From positions 93,250,001 to 93,314,000 of the forward strand of contig OZ076409.1 of NCBI GenBank assembly GCA_964187785.1: DNA of 64,000 nucleotides, in the 5' to 3' direction. The notes beneath the pieces were generated by a model that saw only the letters and a list, made by a program, of their open reading frames with translations, did not search any database and was not told where the DNA came from. Origin of the DNA: Amphiscolops sp. MND2022 (Eukaryota). Shown piece after piece: positions 51,072-61,559 of this stretch (its first letter is position 1; every line of letters starts with the position of its first letter). The position numbers and the translations under genes are program-made.

Positions 51072-53150
51072 ATGTCTACGCCTGCGGAAATTTTTCGCCC
51101 AAACGAAATTGTTCACGTTATTGACGAGAGTGTATCTAGGTGGACAAAGGCTAAAATTATTGGCATTGTTAGCGACTGGTCTGTTAAAATAAAGTGGATG
51201 GGCTACACTTCGATTTATCCTTCAGAAACTATAGAGGTACCAGAAGAAAAGCGTAGAGATCTGTCGTTATGGAACGTTCGAAAAGTCATAGAAAAGACAC
51301 ATTCCTCCATCCTTTCCAGAGAGGACAGACGACAAACACCAAGGGTAGTACAACTCGAGTACAACCCCAAGCATTGTGTTCACGACGATGAGGTGAGTGT
51401 CAGTCTAAATAATTTTTATTTTTTGAAAATCAGTGCGGTTAAAAACGGAATAGCGACTGCGGAATCCGCTGCTGTCTAATATAATAGGATTTGCATCCGG
51501 AATCCACTAAAAACTTAATGTAAAGAGATTTGTCCCGGGATTCCGCTGCACTTGTTATAAAGTGTGTCTTTGAAATCCGTCATTTAAAACAGCGGATTCC
51601 AGGTCCTGTAGGTCCAAAATGCTGTGAGTAGTCGACTCCGTTCTTTTCAAAAAGTGTTGGGTTATGCATCGTATTGTGACATGTACAATGTTTGATTGTA
51701 TTTCTCTGGGATTAGGAGAAGAGTGTTCGGGATACCTATTAGGACTTAGTCCATGTAAGATTGTACACCTCTGGAATTAGGAGAAGTGTTATTTGTTAGG
51801 TCTAATTTTTATTTCTACGCTAATTAGGATTTGGACCATGTAAGATTTGTATACTCTGCAATTAGGCATTTTTGCAGAAGGATCTCTGCATTTAGATTTA
51901 ATCCTTCATTTATTTAGGTTGACTTCCTAGACGAATCGGAAGACGTTGCCGTTGTGAAGCATGGACGAATACTGCTTAATGATCCGTTCCTACAACAAAT
52001 GAGGGTTTCTGTAGAAGGCGAAATGCCTCGATACGTTTCGTACAGCGTACTACGGAACCCAGTCCAGCAAGTTAGTGCCATCGTCCCGAAAGCAGAAGAC
52101 GACGATGACGACGATGGCGACTCGATTCCTCGTCCGCCGGCTCCAAAAAAGCCCCGCTCTCAGGAGGAAAAGCCCTTAGAAATTGACATGATCAATTTAA
52201 TCCCCGTGCTTCCGGACGGGGACACCAGGACAAGCGTGCCATTGACTTGCGCTCCGTGCACAAACGGCATTCTTGTTAAAGGGAACAAGGCTTTAGACCG
52301 AGGAGGATACACATGCACAATTGAAATGCTGGAGTACGTCATTTCAAGGAAGAAAGCATTTGTCAGTTTAACAAGGGATGAAAATGCGGACTTCACTAGC
52401 AGAATTCCAGCGTCTTCAGTAAGGCTCCCGGAAGAAAATTACACAACATTGGACCCCGTGAGTCTAGACAGCATGGTTTGCCCCATTGATCGAGCATATG
52501 CTGTATTTTCAGCCATCAAGCGGGCCATAGGCCTTTGTCGGAAAAAACATTCTGCGAGTTTCAATGTGTGCCCCGCTACAACTTTCACCAGGCGATGTGT
52601 TGGATTCGAAGCAGAATCAGCGCGGGATAATGTACGTATTTCAAAATTAAATTGGTCAATTAAGAAGATCATTAAGTAATTGTTAACTAAGAGCAATGAA
52701 ACAATTTAAGATGATCATTTTTTGAGTTCATGTTATTGTTTAGGTCAGATTTGCTGCTCATATTGAAACTGGACTCAATTTGAAAACAAAATTAGTCAAT
52801 TAAGTAAATCATTAAGTAGTTTTTAACTAAGAGCAATGAAACAATACAAGATGATAGTTTTTTGAGTTCATGTTAATGTTTAGGTCAGGTTTGCTGCTCA
52901 TATTGAAACTGGACTTCGCGGTTGCCATCGCTCGTGGGACTCACTCTTTGGAGAGCGGTGGGACATCTTGCCAGGAGACGGAGAAGAGTCGCTGGACACC
53001 CTCATCAGAGCAATCCGATTCTCTGAATCCCAAGACTTTCTCTTCCGAACCATTAAGGTTCAGATATACTCGTGTGAAGGACGCTTCCGAAACGAAGAAA
53101 AATATCGGGAAATCCTCAATGTCAACTCTAAACACAATGAGGGACTCTAA
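51072..53150 (+). CDS. Tudor/chromo-barrel-like domain protein, ~433 aa, 3 exons, divergent from the transposase
   Basis: Exons 51072-51392, 51918-52631, 52884-53150; phase-0 GT-AG introns; open frame. N-terminus FRPNEIVHVIDESVSRWTKAKIIGIVSDWSVKIKWMGYTSIY fits the Royal-family pattern (F..GE.V.....W..AKI......IHW.GY); acidic run followed by PAPKKPR NLS-like motif. Confidence 0.7.
51452..51676 (-). repeat. Internal inverted copy of the transposon's left terminus, including a degenerate TIR
   Basis: Reverse complement of ~37639-37886 (e.g. TTATAAAGTGTGTCTTTGAAATCCGTCATT); ends CAAAAAGTGTTGGGTTATGCATCGTATTG. Confidence 0.85.
52644..52915 (+). repeat. 140-bp tandem duplication spanning a splice acceptor
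   Basis: TAGGTCAG(A/G)TTTGCTGCTCATATTGAAACTGGACT at 52741 and 52881. Confidence 0.85.
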
Positions 53151-53264
53151 ATTTAGGTTACATTGAGAAGATTATATATTCATGTATGTACTGTTTGTAT
53201 TGTGTGTATTATATATTGTATGCTAGCATCAAATATTAAATCAAGTTTAGAATCAAGACCATCT

Positions 53265-54050
53265 ATCTTAATCCCAGAGAAAATAGTAGAGTACATGTAG
53301 TTTTAGTAGCATGTAGGCCTATATTACATAATGGAGACAGTAATTTCAATCCCTGAGACGAAAGTTGTATACATGTAGTATTAATAGCATGTAGGCTTAT
53401 TATTTATTATGGAGACAGTAATCCTAATCCCAGAGACAATAGTAGCATACATGTAGTATTAATAGCATGTAGGCCTATAATAAATACATAATGGAAACAG
53501 TAATCCTAATCCAAGAGGCATTAGTAGAATACATTCAGGCCAAAAATACATCAGGGAGACACAATTATCTTAAACACAGAAACTGAATACACCCTGTAGA
53601 GGTTTCAGACAATGTATATTAATTAGTCGGCTTTTATTTCATAGTTGTATTGTCTCATTGATGCTCGTTTATTAATACCTGCCAATTTAGTGCAGATGAA
53701 GAATTGTTCACCAAAAAGATAGTACAAAATAGTTAGAGTAAAGTTTGAATTCAATGAAATTGTTTCTTATCATAGAACTAGATTAAAACACACCGAATTA
53801 AACACAAAATACAGTAGTAAATTACGAGCAATACAGAGATTTGATACAGATTTTAATTTGTCTCAGTAATCTTAATCCCAGAGACCATAGTAAAATACAT
53901 AATGGAGGCAGTAATCTTAATCCCAGAGACCATACTAGAATACATAAAGGAGACAGTAATCTTAATCCCAGAGACAACAGTGGATCCCATTCATGAAGGC
54001 CTATAATACATCAAGGAGATTTGTTTATCCTAAACCCAGAAACTGTATAC
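53265..54050. repeat. Degenerate tandem repeats with TAATCCCAGAGA core
   Basis: Core at ~53270, 53426, 53873, 53918 and 53963 with GGAGACAGTAAT and ACATGTAG flanks. Confidence 0.65.
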
Positions 54051-54107
54051 GCCCTATTAAACACAATAATAAAAGTATACAGCAAGCTTTATACTAGCCC
54101 GCACTCA

Positions 54108-54470
54108 TCTGCGGATTCCGCTCTCATACAATTTGAAACAGATGTCACGCAGAGCTGTCAGTGGATTCCGCTTCACAAAACAAACATTTTAATACTTGCT
54201 TGCATTAGTCTTCGGAATCCGCTGTCACTGCCCCGGATTCCGCTGGTACTGGTCCGGATTCCGCTGTCACTGCCCCGGAATCCGCTGTAAGCAGCGGATT
54301 CCACGATTTCGAGCTGATCAATGCAGCGGATTCCGCGATTTTGCCTTAGCGTCAACTGAAATCGCGAGAAATTATACACTGCGGTATTAGTCCCTGAATT
54401 CCACGCGGCGAATTTCGCTCTTTGCGGTTGGTATGTTTTAAAGCTTGGCCCAGGATTCCACTGCTCAAGC
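54108..54470. repeat. Right subterminal repeats (GGATTCCGC/GGAATCCGC; 21-bp tandem at 54213-54290)
   Basis: CGGAATCCGCTGTCACTGCCC-like unit x~4 plus dispersed copies; same motif is dense at 37675-38005. Confidence 0.8.
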
Positions 54471-54800
54471 GGCTCAACTTTGAGCTGCACAAAAAGTGTA
54501 GGGTTATGCGTCGTAATGATCTTACTAAGATATCCATGGAGGGTCGACCCGGGATCCCATACGATTCACCATGAAACCGTAACGTGGCGTGTACAATTTT
54601 TTTTCCATAATATAGTGCCATGTGTGAAATTTCATGAGAGCTCCATAAGTTCGTATCCAAAGTCGTCGAACGCTTTCTTGGTTTTTTAAAAAAATTTCCA
54701 CCCTCACGAATTTATTTGTGTAGAAGCAAAAAAATCACTATCTATGTTTTTTTTCACAATTCTGCCAAAAGTCCACTTAGTGATATAATCAATTCATTTT

Positions 54801-54865
54801 GGTCACGGTGGTCCAGTTGGTAGGGTATCCGCCTGCCATCGGTTCGAAACCGGGCTGGAGCCTAG
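54801..54865 (+). mobile_element. tRNA-derived SINE-like head (Pol III A and B boxes)
   Basis: TGGTCCAGTTGG (A box) and GGTTCGAAACC (B box); spacing too short and no full cloverleaf, so not a tRNA gene. Confidence 0.45.
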
Positions 54866-56800
54866 AATTGTTTCTGCTTTCCCAGGCAGTACGTTGCCTT
54901 CGCCATACTTTTTTGCAATACTAGTGTAAGGGAAAAATACCTGTGCTTAGCGGGCCCCTTGTTCCCAAATCAAGTGTAGAAACCTTTCAAAATTCTCGCA
55001 ATATTTTTGAAATATTATATAATGAAGGACAACACTATGTTTGAAATATAGCATTTTTCGGCAGATGAGGAAAAAATTCCAAGATGATAAATTAGAAGAG
55101 AAAAAGCGTTAAAATTTGACACTTAGGATGCTCATTTTCAGAGGTGTGTTCCCATAATTTTTTAAATTTTCGTTTTATTCAACTCCTTAAGAAGAATTTC
55201 TGGGAAGAACTCTGGGCGGGATGAGATTTTGTATAATCTTGAAGCATTTGATTGAAATCTGTAATCAGTATTCTAAAATTGTACTTAGTTTAGCAGTCTG
55301 AATTGCAATCTGCTTATTCAAATTTCAGGGATAATCCACAATTCTATGGGAAGAATATCAACGAGTTAACCGGCACAACTGAGATATTAGTTTGTAAAAT
55401 TAGAACGAAGTATCCTTCACAAGTTTATCTGATAAAAAATCGGTGTTCTTTTTGAATTTCAATTAATTTTTAAATAGGAAATTTTAGGTGTTCTACCAAA
55501 AGAGACAATTTTCTTATTTAGGAGGACAATTCGAAAAAAAGAATTGGTGTGTGGATTACCTTAGTTGCAGCGGTGCGTAGAATATCATTTCACATACTTT
55601 TCTGATGCAATGCTTGAACTATCTTTAGTGACCGTGTAAGCATCATGGATTTCCATATCCTTTCATACACGGGACCATATTATTCATTACATTAATTTAA
55701 AAACTGTTATATACATGGAATTGCATGGAACCATACATTGTGGACGTATCAGAGGGACCTTTGGGTTTTTCTTTTCATTTCCCCTTCGAAGTTTTTGGTA
55801 TCTCAAATATTGAAAGGTGTTTTTCAAGCCTAACGGGTCAATGTTTGGGTTTTTCGACACTTTCGACAAAACTTTTCGCCGAAAAATTCCACGTGTAAAA
55901 AGAGTTCTTTTTGGTATTTTGATAATCTTTTAAGCCCTTTTAAGCCGCCCAACTTTTCATTTCGGGTATTTTTTGATGTTTCCATTAAAAGAAAAACGCT
56001 TTTTGAGGCCGCGGGTTGCCCTTCTGATACTTTTGCCGCTCCTAAAGTTATGAGAACTTCGGAAATCCAACCTGAGCATTTTGATGAGACTTTGAGCTTT
56101 TTGAGCCTTGATTGGGGCACCGACTTAGACTGTCCAGTCTTGTTACAGTGTATAGTAGTCTCATGCATGGAACAATATTAACGAAACAAGTCGGCGCCCT
56201 GCTCAAGCTTCTTAAATATGCAAAGGATACTGTTTTCAAACTTTCGCCAATTTATCAGTGCCGAAACATACCTCAAGGTACACATATAAGACTCGGAAAC
56301 TACTTTTTATCCTCTGGAAGCAGAAAAATCTATTGTTAAAAATTATTTTTTGTCTTTATTTCGGAAATGTCTCATGGTGACGAAAAAGGTTTCAGCTCAG
56401 AAAGCTACTTTTTCTCCAACCAAAATCAGCTGTGAAAGCGGGGGGTGGTGCCTTTTGTCCAACTAAAAGTTTCGGAAAGAAAGACCGAAAAAGCTGAAAA
56501 GGTCATTTTCCAAAATCATATAAAAAACTCATCAATTCCACAGGTTCAAAAGTAACAAAGAGGTCACCCTCAAGCCTCGGGAAACATGTTTCCTTTACAG
56601 ACAATCTCAAAAACCTCAAAAAACCAGAAAATCGAGAAAAACTTTTTACTGCGAGAAGTCGCATAGTGCCGAAAAAAGGCGATCTCTGCTTTTAAAACGC
56701 TGTTGTTTCTGCTGGGATCGAAGCGAGGGAGTTTAGGTTTGGTAAAATATCTGAAAAAACCCTCATAGTGGCGAAAAACTCCGAGTAAACTCCGAAAAAC

Positions 56801-56917
56801 ACCAAAAATGTTTTATAATTGTAAAAGTATGGAGAGACCAAAGGATCCCTCATTTAGAGTCTAAATGAGGGACCCTTTGGTCTCTCCATACTTTTACAAT
56901 TATAAAACATTTTTGGT
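56801..56917. repeat. 117-bp near-perfect palindrome (58-bp arms, 1-nt spacer, 1 mismatch)
   Basis: ACCAAAAATG...CCCTCATTTAGA-G-TCTAAATGAGGG...CATTTTTGGT, lying within HINE-like repeat sequence. Confidence 0.9.
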
Positions 56918-58444
56918 TCAGTGGGGGATTCGAACTCACGTAGCCGCTTCTTATACCGCCAGAAATCTATACCTCCAGAAAAGAGACTGGACTTTCATAA
57001 TTGAAAAAGTCTCCAAGAAACGTTATATCCGTTTTGCATTAAATCCGGTATGGGTTGCGTTATTGTCGAAGGGACTCGTTACCACTTTTTACAGCTCAAA
57101 TGTTGTATGTAGATTACCAAAAAAGACATTGCCGAAATTAAGGACCTTTTGGTAGAACTATTTTGGACAGATTAGGTGTATCGAAAAGAAACTGACGAAA
57201 AACCATGACTATAGTTGCTCTTTTCCAAAGAAAAGCGCCGGCTAAAAACATGATTTAGAGTAGTATGAAAGCGTGTTGCTAGATTCCAAGATTCGCAATG
57301 GTCCAGTTTCAAAATCGACGAATATCATGGTGCCATGTATGGAATTGCTTCGAAATCTCATGAAGCATATTCCGGTCAGCTCACTGTGAGAAGTAGAAAA
57401 GATCTAGAAAACTAGGTTTCAATTACTGAAATGACGACAAGTTTTTATTGTTTATTGATTTACAAATGTAGATGTATTGCACGGCTAGACCAAAAAACGA
57501 CCTTTAGATCAGGTCATGCAGGCACATCTAGCCAACTTGAAAAGAAAAAAACTTGACCAAATCAAAAAAGAGCGCTATTCGGCACAAAAAGTGTTATTTG
57601 TTGTATACTTTGCCATTCAACTAAACAGAACTTTTGGAACATGAGTGTCTTGCAAAATGTTGTACAGAAATGCAACGTTGTCTGTCAAAAAAGTGACTAT
57701 TTCATTTTTGAAGGAAATATTTAGAAATAGGTACAAAGTTGACTGATTTTTGTCATTTTTGGTTAATCAAAACGGGAAGGTGGCGAAGTCTGTTTCCAAT
57801 CCTTGAAAGGAAATCGAATCCACACTCAACTCTATCAATAACAAATTTTTGTGTGTTTTTGTGTTTGGGTTAGATCACAAGTACCTGTATAACTCATTTT
57901 TATTGAAAAAACACCATCAAAAAATTATGTACACAGCCTTTCCCAAAAAAGTTTTTCAGTAAGTTCTGCGATTAAAAAATGCAGATAATTCGTCCGGCGA
58001 CAACTTCTATCAAGCGACAACTCATGTCGATCAAAACTCATATAAAAAAATTAAATCCTAATAAGAAAAAGTCTATAGAGTTTTTTCTAAATAGTTCAGT
58101 GAATAAATAGACAGAATTAGTTAATTGATACTTATTAGAAATAATACAATAGCAACAAGATTCTATGGCGAAATTCTGTGACATGGAACCCCATTTCATT
58201 ATCACGTCTTTATCCAGAGGCTTGCAGAGAAGATAATCTCGAGAATAGCGCATTGAGTTTGTAATTTCTAATGTGTAGTTATAACTACGGATTATAAATT
58301 CCAAACTTTATGCGTAATACTCCAGATTATGTTCCGTTGAACCCTCTGGATGAATTGTTTTTGAAGCCTAATTTAGATATTAGTAATTACCTATTTATAA
58401 TTTAGGTATCTAAGCGTATTGGCGAACTTGATATGAAATGTCGC

Positions 58445-58930
58445 TTTTTTAGTCGGCGCTTTTCTAGGGAAAAGAGTCGACTATAGTTATGGGTTTTCGT
58501 CAGTGTTTTTTTTAATTTAGTTTCTTTTTTTTCGATACACCTGAAGTGACCAACATAGTTGTACCAAAAGTTCTACAAAATTTTAAATTGCCCCTGTTGG
58601 CCCAGGGAACTGAACCAAAACGATTTCCCGCGTAACATGCAATACCGGACGAGACCAAAGGGTCCCCCCTTCCAGTTTTTTTATTTTCGGCATTGCGAGA
58701 CTTTTTTCGGAAAAAAAGTTTCCCGAAGGGTCCCCCTTAATTTTTTGGAGTTTTGCGACAGAATGGATATTGAAAAATCCCAAAAGGTCCCCCCTTTCAA
58801 TTTTTTTCGGCATTCTGAGACTTTTGTCAAAAAAATCGGCTGCTGTAGAAGAGAATACTTTGACACTTTGAAGTCCTTTTGCTGTTTTTGAGCCTTAGAT
58901 ATGGCACCGACTTGGGCCGGTCCCGGCTTG
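58445..58930. mobile_element. Helentron/HINE-like non-autonomous repeat (copy)
   Basis: TTTTTTAGTCGGCGCTTTTC...GAAAAGAGTCGACTA ... CACCGACTTGGGCCGGTCCCGGCTTG. Confidence 0.55.
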
Positions 58931-59340
58931 CTTCTGAATGATATGAGCTAGCGCTTGATAAGAGTCGTCGACATTTTAGTTTGATATGAGATATCGTTTG
59001 ATGAGTTGTCGCTATGTCAGTTAGTCACTAAATAAAACTAGTCGAGAAGATCTTTAAATTTTTAAATGCTAGACCGAATAAATGATTAAAACCTTTCAAT
59101 ACGCTATCACTTAGTTCTAGATGAGATTTAACTTCTGAAATGAGTATCTTAATCACCGCAAAAACCTAATTTAACATTTGCTGTATTTTCACGATTATTT
59201 TTCGTATCCAGATAAAATAGCAGAAATTACGTTCTTTGATAGTTTTGAATCAAAAATCAGCTGATTTGAAATATAATCAAGTGGAAAAAAATATGCCAAA
59301 AAAGCTAGAAAAAATGGGGAAAAATCATTCAAATAATCAC

Positions 59341-59436
59341 AAGTTTTTGACGTCCCAAGTTTATGACGTCATAAGTTAATGACGTCATAAGTTAATGACG
59401 TCATAAGTTTATGACGTCACAAGTTTATGACGTCAT
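59341..59436. repeat. 16-bp minisatellite x6 containing the TGACGTCA palindrome
   Basis: AAGTT(T/A)ATGACGTCA(T/C) units; five carry a perfect TGACGTCA. Confidence 0.9.
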
Positions 59437-59476
59437 CAGTGAGAGTTGTGAGGTTGTGTTTTTCAAAATGGCAATT

Positions 59477-59659
59477 CTAGTCGAACTTAAGGCGTCGTCT
59501 GCCCAGCTTCCGTTGTCTTTCATACTTGATCGTCTCGCCCTCTAGGACTACCATCTCCTGCAAACGCAGTTGGAAAGAGTTTTGAGCACCTGAGACCGGA
59601 TCTGCATAATCTCCACCGGATACACGCGAAGAAATTGTCCCCTTGTTACTAACTCCATC
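59477..59659 (-). CDS. Possible terminal coding exon of an unidentified host gene
   Basis: Locally GC-richer; ttttcag| acceptor then ...GVSNKGTISSRVSGGDYADP...LQEMVVLEGETIKYERQRKLGRRRLKFD*; no family recognised. Confidence 0.3.
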   Translation of the reverse strand, partial: DGVSNKGTISSRVSGGDYADPVSGAQNSFQLRLQEMVVLEGETIKYERQRKLGRRRLKFD

Positions 59660-61559
59660 TGAAAACCAATACTCCAGAATCAATAATCGTGCAAAACATG
59701 CAAAAAATTATATAATCATAGCCAAAGTTTTAAAGGGAGAATTGCTTTCATGGCGTTTTGGGAAGAATAAATGACACCCTGCAGCGTTTTTTCCCAAAAA
59801 TAATCGAGCTGCATGAACATTTTTCAAAGCACAGTGAAATGCTGCCAGGATTTTCCAAGTTGCAGGGAAGATTTGCAAAAATTTTTTAAATGTTTAATAA
59901 ATCCAAATATTGATTCGCTAATTGCGAATTGAATTTTCCAACTTTATGTTTAAAAAATATATTATAAATCGAGAGATTTTCTCCTGTTCGTTGAAAGTGT
60001 TTACATGATATTATTCTACGTTTCGGTAATGAATATCTGTCAAAAATTCAACAATTTGGAATTTATCACGATTGCCAATCAGCAGGTCGATGCAAGCCCA
60101 GTTAATAAAACGCGACACCCTGTGAAAATAATCCGAATCTCAAGTTCAAAAGTGCAAATAGGAGTGTCAAATTGCCTCAGTAATAAGAAACTGCGGTAAC
60201 ATTACCGTAAAGAAACAATCACAACAAATCACAAGTTTTCCCGAGAAAAGTTCGATTCATAATGGGACGAAAGTTTTTGGGTTGGTTTCTCTAGAGAATT
60301 TTCTCCAGTTGAAGCATCCAATTGCAAGATTTCATCCACTCATGAAATGGGTGAAGCATCGTTAAACAGGGAAAGATAGAAAGATTTTTACAAATGAAGA
60401 AAGAAATTAACTAAAGAAACGTTCCTTCATTGAAACAAAAGATGTGAATAAGACGGAGGAAAGTTCACCTAATTGGATCCAATTAAGATGATTACATCAC
60501 AGGAATAGTTGAAGAGGCTAGGTGTGAAAACAACTTTGCAGGGAATTTTTGTCGATCGACTTTGATTTCAATAGAGGACACTAGTGTAATTCTACTGCGA
60601 TTTATCGCCGAAAGCTTTCTGAATTTTTTAAGTAATTTGAAAAATATCCCTGCATGCAGGCCTGCATCATGTAAAAGATTGCAGTAGTCTCGGCTAGGAA
60701 AAATAAGAGAAACTTTCGAATAACTACGCAAAATGAGTAATACTAATTTTTGTCTGCACTGCTGAAAACAATATTCCAGCTGATTTTAAAAAACTTGAAA
60801 AACATGATGAAATGATCCTTGCTGTCAATGATATACAGATATGACAGTTTCGAGACGAAAAGTTCCAAGTCTTAGTCTGACTGGTTTTCCCAAATTTTCG
60901 GGCGAGGTTAATTCATTAAAAAGATCGACGTCCTAATTGGGCATATTGTTAACAATTTTAGAAAGTTCAGTTTTTTCACTAAGTTGACAAAATCTCTCAG
61001 AATTTTGTCGAGGTGAACAGCCAAATACTTGCCAGATTTTCAATTATGAAGTTCCTGCTTTATGAAACGATGTTTTGGAAATGTTGTAGGCCGAAGGGAA
61101 AGCGATTATGCGCACTGGAATTGAGAGTGTCTTTACAACAATATGCAAGGTAGTTGAATGTCTTGTAGCTGACCACCGTATATACCCAGACACAAAAAAC
61201 ACATGAAAACTGTAGGCCAGTTGCAAAAACAGTCAATAGTTGAGAAGAAGAAAAAAGTTCTATTCTCCTATTCCGAGGAACGGAGGACAATTAAGCAGTT
61301 CGGATTTTGCCAAACTGTACCCTTTCTTGATACTACTTTGCCGTAGGAAGTTACGGTGCCATTTTTGCAGCCAATTTTGATCGGGTTGAAGCTTTGATTT
61401 CGAAGTGACTTGTTCACGGTCACAAAGATGTAACAGCACGTCGTTTCTCTCTCGTTTTTGTCTTCTCTCTTCCTAACCAATCTCTAGCCTTCACAACATA
61501 TTTCTCAAAAACTGAGACTTAAGTTTCTAGTAGGAAAAATTCCTTGTTTTGAACAACAA

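Larger units (their letters stand above)
37639..54518. mobile_element. 16.9-kb TIR DNA transposon (RAG1/Transib/CMC-like DDE) carrying SET, JmjC and Tudor-like genes
   Basis: 29-bp TIRs CATTACGACGCATA(T/A)CCCTACACTTTTTG at 37639-37667 and 54490-54518 (1 mismatch); TSD AT (or GATC, ambiguous); GCGGATTCC/GGAATCCGC subterminal repeats at both ends; inserted into a MITE. Confidence 0.9.
36740..54553. mobile_element. Older MITE (36740-37638 plus 54519-54553) split by the giant DNA transposon
   Basis: AT|CCCGGGTTGACCCTC ... GAGGGTCGACCCGGG|AT; AAGATCTT/CTTGCCAAG repeats; removing the insert restores AAGATCTTACTAAGAT, a motif also seen at 36842. Confidence 0.75.

Noticed and set aside
37639..54518. 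Polinton/Maverick or canonical ProtoRAG
   Set aside because: No DNA polymerase B, retroviral-type integrase or capsid; no kelch/PHD RAG2-like gene, no CACAGTG-type heptamer terminus and no 5-bp TSD.
54801..54865. tRNA gene
   Set aside because: A and B boxes present but the anticodon arm is missing or short and there is no acceptor stem; more likely a SINE head.
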